From a virus (Duplodnaviria > Caudoviricetes): DNA of 51,557 nt. Location: the IMG/VR virus record IMGVR_UViG_3300008110_000439, positions 1-51,557 of that record; one strand, given 5' to 3'. Each line of letters begins with the position of its first letter. Position 1 is the stretch's first letter. Made by a program: the position numbers and the translations under genes. Under the pieces are notes generated by a model. It was not told the DNA's origin, did no database searches, and saw only the letters and a list, made by a program, of their open reading frames with translations. Below, in pieces: positions 43,393 to 51,557 of the stretch.

Positions 43393-43542
43393 CTACTTAG
43401 CTGGGAGTGAGCCGAATGGGCCTGGATCAGGGGCGCCGTTGGTGATGGCTACAGCGCGACGGTATAGATGGCAGTCGAGTTTACCGGCTGCCTCTAAGGC
43501 CGCGCGTACCTTTACCCAGTTATCTCGGGTGTGGTTGTCCAT
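43393..43542 (-). CDS. small conserved protein, 49 aa, not in ORF track
   Basis: MDNHTRDNWVKVRAALEAAGKLDCHLYRRAVAITNGAPDP... Confidence 0.65.
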   Translation of the reverse strand: MDNHTRDNWVKVRAALEAAGKLDCHLYRRAVAITNGAPDPGPFGSLPAK

Positions 43543-43820
43543 TACGTTTTCTGGAGGGCAATTTGGATGAACGCGCCATCGTCGATGAGCATGGTTTCGC
43601 GCACTGTGTAGGCCGTACCAGCGACGGTGATCGTTGCGCCGTAAATCAGCGTGCCGAAATCCGATGCGCGAGCGGTAAGCGTGTAGTCCGTGGTCAAGAC
43701 CGTTCCATCGCTGACGATTTCGCTGGGCATGTCCAGGATGCCCAGGGCGGTGGTACGGCCGCTGGTACAGGTGACACCAAAGTCGTTGAGGAACAGGTTG
43801 AGATCTTCGCTTAGCGCCAT
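43542..43820 (-). CDS. head-tail joining protein
   Basis: FL.DFGV...GILD.P...G.TITV.G..YTVR....DDG. Confidence 0.75.
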   Translation of the reverse strand: MALSEDLNLFLNDFGVTCTSGRTTALGILDMPSEIVSDGTVLTTDYTLTARASDFGTLIYGATITVAGTAYTVRETMLIDDGAFIQIALQKT

Positions 43821-43860
43821 TGTTTCGATTGATGTGATGGAAGTCTAGGTAGAACGCAAA

Positions 43861-43890
43861 GAAAAGCCCCAGACCACTTAGGCCTGGGGC
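43861..43890 (-). terminator. Rho-independent terminator after the head genes
   Basis: AGCCCCAG...CTGGGGCT hairpin with an A-run on the plus side. Confidence 0.65.
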
Positions 43891-43914
43891 TCGGGGACGC
43901 TTTCCGCTAAAAGC

Positions 43915-44328
43915 TTAGGCGTACTTCTTCACGGCGACAGCGTTGATGCTGTAGGTGTGAGAAGAGGAGGAGGTGGTGCTCACAGCCTTGACGTAGCGCT
44001 TGGCGGCGCCTTTGGGGAACACGATGTACTGCTTGGAAGCAGTGGTGCTCACCTGGCTGAAGGCCACAGCGGAGGACGCAACTTCGGAACCACCGCGGTA
44101 GAAGACGGTAGTCACGTCGCCGTAGCTGCCGCCTTGGAGGGTGTCGGCGCTTTGGATCTTGACATCGAGGGTGCTGGTGCCGCCATTGGCAACATCCAGG
44201 ATCAACACTACGTCGCCTTCGTAGTCGTTGAGGTCAACGGCGGTGCCGTCGAGGTTGCTGGTACGGACAGCGGTGGGGGCCAGAGCCAGGTGCTCCAGCT
44301 TTTCCAGGCCGGTAGACAGGATGGACAT
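43915..44328 (-). CDS. putative capsid decoration/structural protein
   Basis: G.AVDL.DY.G...LDVKIQ...KRYVK; follows the capsid gene. Confidence 0.7.
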   Translation of the reverse strand: MSILSTGLEKLEHLALAPTAVRTSNLDGTAVDLNDYEGDVVLILDVANGGTSTLDVKIQSADTLQGGSYGDVTTVFYRGGSEVASSAVAFSQVSTTASKQYIVFPKGAAKRYVKAVSTTSSSSHTYSINAVAVKKYA

Positions 44329-44331
44329 GGA

Positions 44332-44580
44332 TCAGTCCTCGGTGGGTTGAGGGGCAGGTTTGGCAGCCTTGGCCTTGGTGGCCGGAGGCTTAGCGGGCTT
44401 GGCTTCAGCTTCGACGGAAGGGGCGGGCACCTCGGTGGGTGCGACCTCTTCAGCCTTGGCGCGTTCAGCTTTGCCGCTGCTAAGTAGAAGGGTGGCGTCG
44501 GCGTCAGCGATGTCCAGGGTGGAGCCGGCGGTGGCCGGCTCTCCTGAGATCATCACCTGCCTAAGCAAGGTGATTCGCAT
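44332..44580 (-). CDS. small capsid-adjacent protein
   Basis: DA..LL..GKAE followed by an Ala/Pro/Lys tail. Confidence 0.7.
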   Translation of the reverse strand: MRITLLRQVMISGEPATAGSTLDIADADATLLLSSGKAERAKAEEVAPTEVPAPSVEAEAKPAKPPATKAKAAKPAPQPTED

Positions 44581-44611
44581 CGTTACTCAGCGATAGTGCA
44601 ACTGCTTAGGC

Positions 44612-47600
44612 TCAGGTGCCGTAGCAGAAGGCGCCAGGCTGCTTGACGGCGAAGTCAACGTCCTGCAGAGCGATGATGCGGACGGTGCCTGCGGTGGCGC
44701 CGGCGTAGGGATCGACGGTCAGGTCGAGGCCGGACCACATGCCCATGATCATCATCGAGAAGTCACCAAACAGTGCGTCGTTGTTGAGCAGCTGGTTGGA
44801 GACGATGGCTGGATAGCCGTTGATCTCGTCGTTCTCGTACACGAAGCCAGCAGCCACGGCGGTGGCGGACTTGGCGGTGGACTTGAGAGCGCCACGGGCA
44901 GCAGCGTTGATGATGTAGCGCATGGAGCCGGCATCGGCGTTAGCGCTGGCCACATCGGTTTCCATGCCGATGTACTCGGCGAAGGTGCCGAAAGTGCTGA
45001 TGGTCTGGCTGCCGACGCCGGTGGTGTTCACCAGGCCCAGAGGCTGGTTGCTGGAACCGGTGCCGTAGATGCCAGCGCGGTCCAGCTCGAGGGCGATCAC
45101 GCGGGCGAGGTCGTTGCGCACCATGCCTTCCACATCGATGGAGGACTGGAGCAGCAGGCGACGGCTGTAGTCAACGAATGCACCCACTGTCTTGGGGGTC
45201 ATGTTGACTTGGTCGATGGACTGCTGAGATTCCGTGGGAGCCACGTTCTCACCAACCCAGTAAGCCGTGCTGGCCGAGGCTTGGCGGGGGATGCTGATGT
45301 TGCCCTGCAGGCCGCTCAGCATGGTCACACCGGCGTTGGCCAGAGCGAGACGATTGCGGAGCAGGTCGATGAAGGAACCGCTCAGCAGCTCGTCGGCGAC
45401 GAGGTTGCCACCAGCAGAGGGAGTACCAGCGACGAGGTCACGACGCAGCACCTCGTTGGGCACCACGATGCCGTTGGAGGAACGCTCGTACTTCTTAGCG
45501 GCGGCTTCGCCGACTTCGATCTCGAATTCGGCAGCACGGCGGGCCGAGGCATCGCCTTGGTTTGCCAGGAAGTTGAGGGCGCGAACGAAGCTGAAGCGCT
45601 TGGTCTCTTTATCCGACAGACCCACGTCGTTGGTGGTGATGTCAGCGGAGCGGATGGGTTGTTCCATGGGGGTAGAGCCGAGTTTGTCGAGGACGGCGGC
45701 GCGAGCCTCATCGAGGGTGCGACCACCTTCGATCAGTTCACGGGCCAGGTCTTGCATCTGGTGCTTAGAGCCCAGTGCGGTGATGGCGGCGATGCGGGTC
45801 CGCTCGGCCTCAGCGGCCTTGGACCGGATCACCTCCAGATCAGGGGTGTTTTCCATTTCGGGAATGGGGGTAGATGCGGTTTGGGCCGCTTGGCGTTGGT
45901 CCTGCATCTCCTCTACTTCCGTAGGGGGAACAGGCGCTTCATTAGTGATAATAGGTGTGGCGCCTTCACAGTCCCCAGTAAGTTGCGTGGTTGCGCTGCG
46001 AAGTTCAGGCACAACGTCGGTAATTAGTGAGCGCCCGATTCCAATGGTGGGATCAGCTGGGATACTCACCACGCTTACCTCGTGGGGGGACCACTTAGTT
46101 GCTACGTAGTCGCCATTGCGCTCTTCCATCTTGTCGATGGCGTAGCCGAAGCTGATGCCCCGAAGGATGCCATCCTTCACATCATCCAGCACTTCTTGGG
46201 CGAATTTGTTGCGGGAGAAGCGGACCTTGGCATAGCCACGCTTGTCTTTGTCGTTGATGTAGGCACGCTCTACTACACCGACAACCTTGTCGGGATTGTG
46301 GTTGAACAGCAGAGGGGCGCCGTCATTGAGGCGGGCTAGGTCAGCTGCGTCACCTTCGTGGCTGAGTACTTCGTTGCCGAAGTAACGGGCCACGGGATAC
46401 TCAGAGCTGAAGGGGAACTCGAAGGTCCGCTCCTCAAGTGCGCGGAAGTGAGTGGCTTCGGTTCGGGTATAAGTGCCGCTTAGGTCGCGCTGGGCGGTTT
46501 CAAGAGTGCGAAGAGCTTCGATTTTGCGCAGCGTCGAGAACTTGTGGCCGACAAGAGTTTCGGTGGCGTCCCAGCCGTCAGCACCTTCGCGGTAGATGCG
46601 AATTAGAGCAGCGGGATCTTCGGCGGTGGCGTTGATGCTGAACTCGGAGTCGGGGACGCCGAGGGTGCCTTCGCGCATCACGTGTTCGATACGGCCGCGT
46701 GCCGTACCACCGGAGCTGTTCCAGCTAACGAAATCGCCTGTACTTAGGTCGGAGGGCTTAGCGCGTTCCACGGATTCATCAGCGGCACTTAGTTCTTCAA
46801 CCTTAATGCGCTCGCCTGTTGCTTCCTCGAATTGAATCGGGGTGTAATCGTGCTCGCGAAGCCATTGACGGGCCTCGGAAGCCGTGAATTCACTTAGGCG
46901 GAAGCGGATTGCTTGAAGATCGGTGCCTTGCTCACCTGTTTTGATGCCGAAGATGAAATCGACACCCTTACCTGCGGCGTTGTTGCGGCGGCGGAAGCGG
47001 TCGTAAGCCGAGGGGTCCTTCAGGCGAGCGGCGTGCTCTTGCGGGTAGGGACGACCCTCATTAGGTTCTTCGGCCTCGGACATTAGGCGCTCAGGGACGA
47101 TCCAAAATTTGCAGACGCCTGCCGGATCGATGTCGCCGCTGACGATTTCGCAGGCGCGGGGACCGGCATAGAAGGCGCAGTTTGCGCAGACCATGCCATC
47201 AGAAGCGAAGGGGCTTTCGCTCATGTAATGGGCACCGTGAGCACCAGAACCCTGGTCGAAGGCGCCGAGGTCTTCGGCGATCTCTTCGAGGGCTTCGTAT
47301 AGCGCGACTTGCGGGGCTTTTAGCTCCGCAGTCAGTTCGCGGTCTTTGTCGATGGTGCTCATGATGTTGTCACTCCAGGATTTGCCGGGATCGCCACCCC
47401 ATGCTGCCCAGGCGACCCGGCCAGGAGAGGGGTAGCCTTCTTCGCCTGGACTGAAGCCTTGGCCCTGTTTGTCTACTTCGTGGCGGGCGAACCACGCGGA
47501 CATGGTTCGGACGGTCTCAGCGCTAAGGGGGTCGCCGCTAAGTATTTGGGAGGCGCGGTTGGCTGCGACTTCCGTGCCACCGGCATTGCCTTCTGCCTTC

Positions 47601-47656
47601 CAAGCCCGGTAGCGCTGAGCTTCCTCGCGCATCGCAGCGGTAGGTAAGTAGCTCAT
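44612..47656 (-). CDS. multidomain prohead protease-major capsid protein fusion (HK97 fold)
   Basis: Protease PLLFNHN...ISFGY...EVSVVSIPAD; capsid AGGNLV, IPRQ...AYWVGE, FGDFS; about 390 aa of extra N-terminal domains. Confidence 0.9.
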   Translation of the reverse strand: MSYLPTAAMREEAQRYRAWKAEGNAGGTEVAANRASQILSGDPLSAETVRTMSAWFARHEVDKQGQGFSPGEEGYPSPGRVAWAAWGGDPGKSWSDNIMSTIDKDRELTAELKAPQVALYEALEEIAEDLGAFDQGSGAHGAHYMSESPFASDGMVCANCAFYAGPRACEIVSGDIDPAGVCKFWIVPERLMSEAEEPNEGRPYPQEHAARLKDPSAYDRFRRRNNAAGKGVDFIFGIKTGEQGTDLQAIRFRLSEFTASEARQWLREHDYTPIQFEEATGERIKVEELSAADESVERAKPSDLSTGDFVSWNSSGGTARGRIEHVMREGTLGVPDSEFSINATAEDPAALIRIYREGADGWDATETLVGHKFSTLRKIEALRTLETAQRDLSGTYTRTEATHFRALEERTFEFPFSSEYPVARYFGNEVLSHEGDAADLARLNDGAPLLFNHNPDKVVGVVERAYINDKDKRGYAKVRFSRNKFAQEVLDDVKDGILRGISFGYAIDKMEERNGDYVATKWSPHEVSVVSIPADPTIGIGRSLITDVVPELRSATTQLTGDCEGATPIITNEAPVPPTEVEEMQDQRQAAQTASTPIPEMENTPDLEVIRSKAAEAERTRIAAITALGSKHQMQDLARELIEGGRTLDEARAAVLDKLGSTPMEQPIRSADITTNDVGLSDKETKRFSFVRALNFLANQGDASARRAAEFEIEVGEAAAKKYERSSNGIVVPNEVLRRDLVAGTPSAGGNLVADELLSGSFIDLLRNRLALANAGVTMLSGLQGNISIPRQASASTAYWVGENVAPTESQQSIDQVNMTPKTVGAFVDYSRRLLLQSSIDVEGMVRNDLARVIALELDRAGIYGTGSSNQPLGLVNTTGVGSQTISTFGTFAEYIGMETDVASANADAGSMRYIINAAARGALKSTAKSATAVAAGFVYENDEINGYPAIVSNQLLNNDALFGDFSMMIMGMWSGLDLTVDPYAGATAGTVRIIALQDVDFAVKQPGAFCYGT

Positions 47657-49170
47657 AGGTTTGGCTCAGTAAACGGATCTGGGGAGGAGGGCGTAGGGGA
47701 AGAGGCGGGAATTAGACCTAGGTCCTTATCGAGGGTCAAACCCGCATCCTTAGCGAGTTGCTGTTCGCGGGCCAGTTCGCTGACGTTGTCGTCGTAGTCG
47801 CCGCCGCTTTGGGCGATGATCTGGGACTTGGTCATGTAGCCGGCTTGCTCGGCTTCGCGGTAGGCCTTGACTTCCTTGAGCGGATCGACCCAGGTCCAAC
47901 CCCGTGGCATCCAGTGAGGACTGTCATAGCGCTCGGGACGAAGCTCGTAATCCGGGAAGCTAAGTTCACCGCTAAGAACGGCGAGGCTTAGCCACTCGCG
48001 GAAGACGCGCATGTGGAAGTTTTCAATTAGGTAGTTCTGGACTACGCGCCAGTGCTCGCGATCTTCTAAGAGGCTGAGGCGCGAACTTGAGTAATTAGTG
48101 TCGGAAAAGTCGCGGCTCAAGGTTTCGTAGCTGCAGCCGAAGCCGGAGGCGAAACGGCGCACCTTGTTGCGCACGAACATCTCGAACTGTTGGTCTGGGG
48201 AATCGATCGAGGGAACGGTGACATTTTCGCCGGGCGCTAGATACTTAAACGTACCAGGTTCGAATTCACTAATTCGTTGATTATTCTCTATGTCGTCGGC
48301 TGTAAGTTCCCCTTCATTATTAGTGACGAAACCCATTAGCGAAGCACCGGCGCGGGCACGGATGACTGCGGCTTCCTCGTAGCCCTGCAGCTGATGCGCG
48401 TCGGACATCACCGGGTGGAACCAGGGCACTCCACGGTTTTGTGAAGGCCGCTCTGGCAAGAAAAGGTGAATTACGTCTTCGGCGGGTAGGAAGACGTGTT
48501 TGGCGTTGTTCTGGGGGACGTTCTGGAACCAGTAGTCGCCGGGGTGCCTTGTGAGCATGGCGTAGCGCACTGGGCGGCCCCACTCGTTGACCTCAACGCC
48601 GTTGCGCCATTCGTTGGCTGGGGCGAGGGTGGTGCCGTTGTACTCCTCGTCTAGAAGGTCGCTTTCGAGGATCTGTAGCGCGAGGGGGACCTTGGAGCCG
48701 CCAAAGGAGCGCCTAATGATGCGGAAAATGGCTTCGCCGGATTCGGGGAGGGCTCCGGTGGCTAGCCATTCGAGTTGGTGGAAGCTGTAACGGCCGGCTA
48801 CGTCGCAGTGCTCGGCGCGGGTCCAGACCTGCCACTTGGCCTCGATGAGTTTATTGATGCGGTCGTCGCGCTTGTTGCCACGTAGTTGCTGCACCTGGCT
48901 TTGCAGCTTGATGCCCGTGCCAACGACGTTGATCTGGGTGGTGCGCTTGGCCTGTTTGGCGTAAGGGTTGTTGCGGACCAGCTCGCGGGAGCGGTCGCGC
49001 AGTTTGCGCAGGCTGGTGCGAATCTCCGCGTCAGCGCTGGTTTGATTAGCGAGCCAGTCGGCCGTGAGGCGGGAGATGATGGCGCCTTGGTACTGGCGGC
49101 GTGCAGTGCGTGCCGGGGCGACGGGCTTGGCGAAGCCGAGTGCGCGAAGGAGGTTAGTGCGGATGCCCAT
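47653..49170 (-). CDS. portal protein, lambda family
   Basis: LRDRSRELVRNNPYA, GVEVNEWGRPVRY, RGVPW, NYSSSR, WVDPLKE. Confidence 0.95.
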   Translation of the reverse strand: MGIRTNLLRALGFAKPVAPARTARRQYQGAIISRLTADWLANQTSADAEIRTSLRKLRDRSRELVRNNPYAKQAKRTTQINVVGTGIKLQSQVQQLRGNKRDDRINKLIEAKWQVWTRAEHCDVAGRYSFHQLEWLATGALPESGEAIFRIIRRSFGGSKVPLALQILESDLLDEEYNGTTLAPANEWRNGVEVNEWGRPVRYAMLTRHPGDYWFQNVPQNNAKHVFLPAEDVIHLFLPERPSQNRGVPWFHPVMSDAHQLQGYEEAAVIRARAGASLMGFVTNNEGELTADDIENNQRISEFEPGTFKYLAPGENVTVPSIDSPDQQFEMFVRNKVRRFASGFGCSYETLSRDFSDTNYSSSRLSLLEDREHWRVVQNYLIENFHMRVFREWLSLAVLSGELSFPDYELRPERYDSPHWMPRGWTWVDPLKEVKAYREAEQAGYMTKSQIIAQSGGDYDDNVSELAREQQLAKDAGLTLDKDLGLIPASSPTPSSPDPFTEPNL

Positions 49171-49174
49171 CGTC

Positions 49175-49747
49175 TTAGTTGAAGCGGACGAACATGTTGC
49201 GCGGGTTGCCGAGGCCATTGGCCATGAGTTGCGCCGCTTCTTCGCGTTTTACGTCAGCTTTTAGCTTTGCTTCAAGCTGAAGTAGGTCGGCGAGGTCGTA
49301 CTTCTTCAGATTACGGGTGCCGATGCGATATTCCTGGACAGCTCCACCGCTCAGGATGGTGCGGATCGCGGCCTGGACGGCATCAAGGTCTTTCTGGGAT
49401 TGGGTGCGACCGTCGTAAGCGGTGGGAATGCCGGCATAAGTGAGTGCAGGCAGCACTTCGGTGGAGCCCGTACCGACGGTGATGGTGGAGCCGGCCTTAG
49501 TGGCAATGGCCTGCCAGTACCAAGTGCCGGCATCGAAAGGTGCGCTGGTAGCGGCAGAGATGGTGAACTGCCAGCCACTTCCGTAGGCGCTACCTACAAC
49601 GGTTGAGCCTTCGGCTGCAGTATTAGTGCGTAGGTAATAGGTGAGCGTGTAATCGGTGCTGCTTATGGGGTTACCGAGGTTATCGACGGTGGCCTCGTCG
49701 CGCCACGTGATGGTGTCGCCGGCTTGGATCTGGGAGGGAATCTGCAC
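49175..49747 (-). CDS. head completion/adaptor protein (gpW-like C-terminus)
   Basis: VQEYRIGTRNL...L.DL; between terminase and portal. Confidence 0.7.
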   Translation of the reverse strand: MQIPSQIQAGDTITWRDEATVDNLGNPISSTDYTLTYYLRTNTAAEGSTVVGSAYGSGWQFTISAATSAPFDAGTWYWQAIATKAGSTITVGTGSTEVLPALTYAGIPTAYDGRTQSQKDLDAVQAAIRTILSGGAVQEYRIGTRNLKKYDLADLLQLEAKLKADVKREEAAQLMANGLGNPRNMFVRFN

Positions 49748-49751
49748 GGGC

Positions 49752-51557
49752 TCACCAGCTCTTGACGAAATTGCCTCGTTTAGGGGCGTTTTGTTGTTGT
49801 GATCGTAGCGGAGCTGCCTGCTTAGGTTCATTACGGCGCTCTAGTTGGTCCCAGATGGTGCGTCTGTCGTATTTCTGATAGAGGCGATGCAAAGCTGCGT
49901 AGGCGTAATTCATCTCGTCAAGGGCTTCGTTTGCTGCTTGGCTTTTCTTTACCCAAATGCGTTCGGGGAAGCCGTTGCGGAAACGCAGGATTTGTTTCTC
50001 GGCTGTGAGTTCCTCAAAGTAGTCGGTGCCGATGGTGGGGTAAAAGTGCAGGTAGCCGGGTCCAGGGTCGTTGTGCTTGAGGCGGCCAAACAAAAGAGAC
50101 TTGATACCGTCCGAGCCAACAGGGAAGAGCTGTGCCCCCTTCTTTAGGGCTTTGCCTTTGAAGTTCACGTCCACCTTTGTGGCCTTGCCTAGGGGTGGTT
50201 TGCCCTTCTGGCTTTGGCCCTTGATGGCGATGACGCCGATGTTGGCGCGTTCGCGGGCGTATTGGTAGACCTCCTGGGTGTGGTGGCCGCCTGAGTCGAT
50301 GGCGCAGCAGAGCACGCTCATTTCCTCGCCGGTTTCGTTGGTGTAGGGCTTACCAAGCACCTCGTCGAGCTGTTTCCAGACTTCAGGGCGGCTTGGGCTG
50401 CCGTAGATCTTGACGCGGTCAATCAACCAGCCCTCTTCTTCCCGGCCCCAGGCCCAGACGCTCAGACTGAGACGGTCGTCCTGAACGTCGCAGCCCACGG
50501 TGAGGGCAAGCGCTTCTGGTGGCGGGCAGTGCTGCTTATAGGTCTCCTTACCGGCGCGTTCCATAAGCGAATCCGCGCCGATCTTGGAGGCGTACTCGTC
50601 CTCCCACGTCTCGCCTAGGACGGTGTTGACGAAGGTTTTTAGTTGCTCAGCGTCGTGCTTAGTATCCAAAAACTCCTCCACCAGATTAGGCCAAGTGGCG
50701 TTGGGGGAGTAGCTGTAGGCGGCCCAGATATGGAAGCCGATGTGCTTGCCGTTGCCAGGGGAGGTGGGGCGCCATTCACCGCGCTCGACCATCCAGCGCT
50801 TCTTGGAGTGAGGTATTAAAGTGCTACAGCTCTCGCACTTATATGTGGCGGTGGCGGGGTCGTTGTCGCTCCACGTCATTTGGGGCCAGCGGAGGTACTG
50901 CATGTGGTTGCAGTAGGGGCATGGGACGAAGTAGCGGCGCTGATCGGTCTGCTGGAACATCCGCTCGACGCGGCTGAAGTCTTTGACCGTGGGGGTGGAG
51001 CCGGCGACGATCTTGCGATTCCAGTAGTACTCGGTACGGCGGATGCCGAGCTTGATCTGGTCGCCCTCTGCACCAGCAGAGGCGGGGTAACCGTCGATTT
51101 CGTCGAAGAGGACGATGCGCCGGCTGACTCGGCGGAAGCCGCGGGGTGAATTAGCGCCCACGAGACTTAGCGTTCCACCGGGGAACTGTTTCTGGAGGAT
51201 CGTGTTAGCGCCGTCTTTGGCTTTGCTGTCGCTGACAAGGCCGCGGAGGCACGGGGTGTCGCGCAGCATGGGCGCGATTTCTTCTTTGGAGTAGCCCTGC
51301 GCGTCCTCGATGGTGGGCAGGACGAGCATTATGGGGGCAGGGTCTTGGTGTACGTGGTAGGCGATAACGTGGTTGAGTATTTTGCTGTAGCCCACGCGGG
51401 CTGATTTCATTACCGTTACTTGTTCTACGTTATTGCTGCTTATTGCGTCCATAATGCCCTTTTGGTAGGGCAAAGTGTGCCAACGGCCGCCTTCTGCGCT
51501 GCTTTCGGCGCTAAGGAAGGCGTAGGTGTCGGCCCACTCGCTGAGGGTGAGCTTGCG
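49752..51557 (-). CDS. terL: terminase large subunit, gpA family, 5' end outside the window
   Basis: LSEWAD, KSARVGYS, FDEIDGYP, STPT, FVNTVLGETW, GCDVQ, IDSGG, NEALD; frame open to the window end. Confidence 0.95.
   Translation of the reverse strand, partial: RKLTLSEWADTYAFLSAESSAEGGRWHTLPYQKGIMDAISSNNVEQVTVMKSARVGYSKILNHVIAYHVHQDPAPIMLVLPTIEDAQGYSKEEIAPMLRDTPCLRGLVSDSKAKDGANTILQKQFPGGTLSLVGANSPRGFRRVSRRIVLFDEIDGYPASAGAEGDQIKLGIRRTEYYWNRKIVAGSTPTVKDFSRVERMFQQTDQRRYFVPCPYCNHMQYLRWPQMTWSDNDPATATYKCESCSTLIPHSKKRWMVERGEWRPTSPGNGKHIGFHIWAAYSYSPNATWPNLVEEFLDTKHDAEQLKTFVNTVLGETWEDEYASKIGADSLMERAGKETYKQHCPPPEALALTVGCDVQDDRLSLSVWAWGREEEGWLIDRVKIYGSPSRPEVWKQLDEVLGKPYTNETGEEMSVLCCAIDSGGHHTQEVYQYARERANIGVIAIKGQSQKGKPPLGKATKVDVNFKGKALKKGAQLFPVGSDGIKSLLFGRLKHNDPGPGYLHFYPTIGTDYFEELTAEKQILRFRNGFPERIWVKKSQAANEALDEMNYAYAALHRLYQKYDRRTIWDQLERRNEPKQAAPLRSQQQNAPKRGNFVKSW

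Noticed and set aside
45209-46109. Long plus-strand ORFs opposite the capsid gene (similarly 5103-5822, 27233-27976, 41333-42109)
   Set aside because: Antisense shadows of GC3-rich genes with no recognisable motifs
1300-51557. Stop-codon reassignment suggested by abundant TAG/TAA-containing motifs
   Set aside because: Core genes are full length under the standard code and use TAA, TAG and TGA as stops

Overview
Most of the genome of a lambda-like long-tailed dsDNA phage (siphovirus morphotype). The host is probably a picocyanobacterium (Synechococcus/Cyanobium type); this is an inference from recalled small-gene families. Left end (1-530): a 24-bp tandem repeat array and 41-bp direct repeats with palindromes, a candidate packaging region. 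650-11700: replication/recombination module with an HNH-AP2 endonuclease, a stand-alone NAD-dependent ligase adenylation domain, PD-(D/E)XK exonuclease, SSB, an iteron/hairpin-rich putative origin, RepB-type primase-DUF3987 fusion, a DCL/DUF3223-like protein and a family A DNA polymerase. 11700-21000: dense array of small accessory ORFs, including a paralogue-rich block bounded by two paralogous 29-aa peptides, Cys4-domain proteins and dNMP kinase. 21000-51557 (minus strand): HNH, dCTP deaminase, GH24+M15 endolysin, lysis membrane proteins, tail fibres, lambda J/I/K/L/M tail tip, tape measure, frameshifted tail chaperone, tail tube, head-tail genes, a 1014-aa multidomain protease-capsid polyprotein, portal, and a gpA-type terminase running off the right end. 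No integrase, tRNA or CRISPR array was recognised. The main unexplained signals are a strong but patchy excess of CTAAG/CTTAG, the OB-less mini-ligase, conserved cruciform sites inside the modular ORF block, and a HiPIP-like Cys4 domain in the capsid polyprotein.
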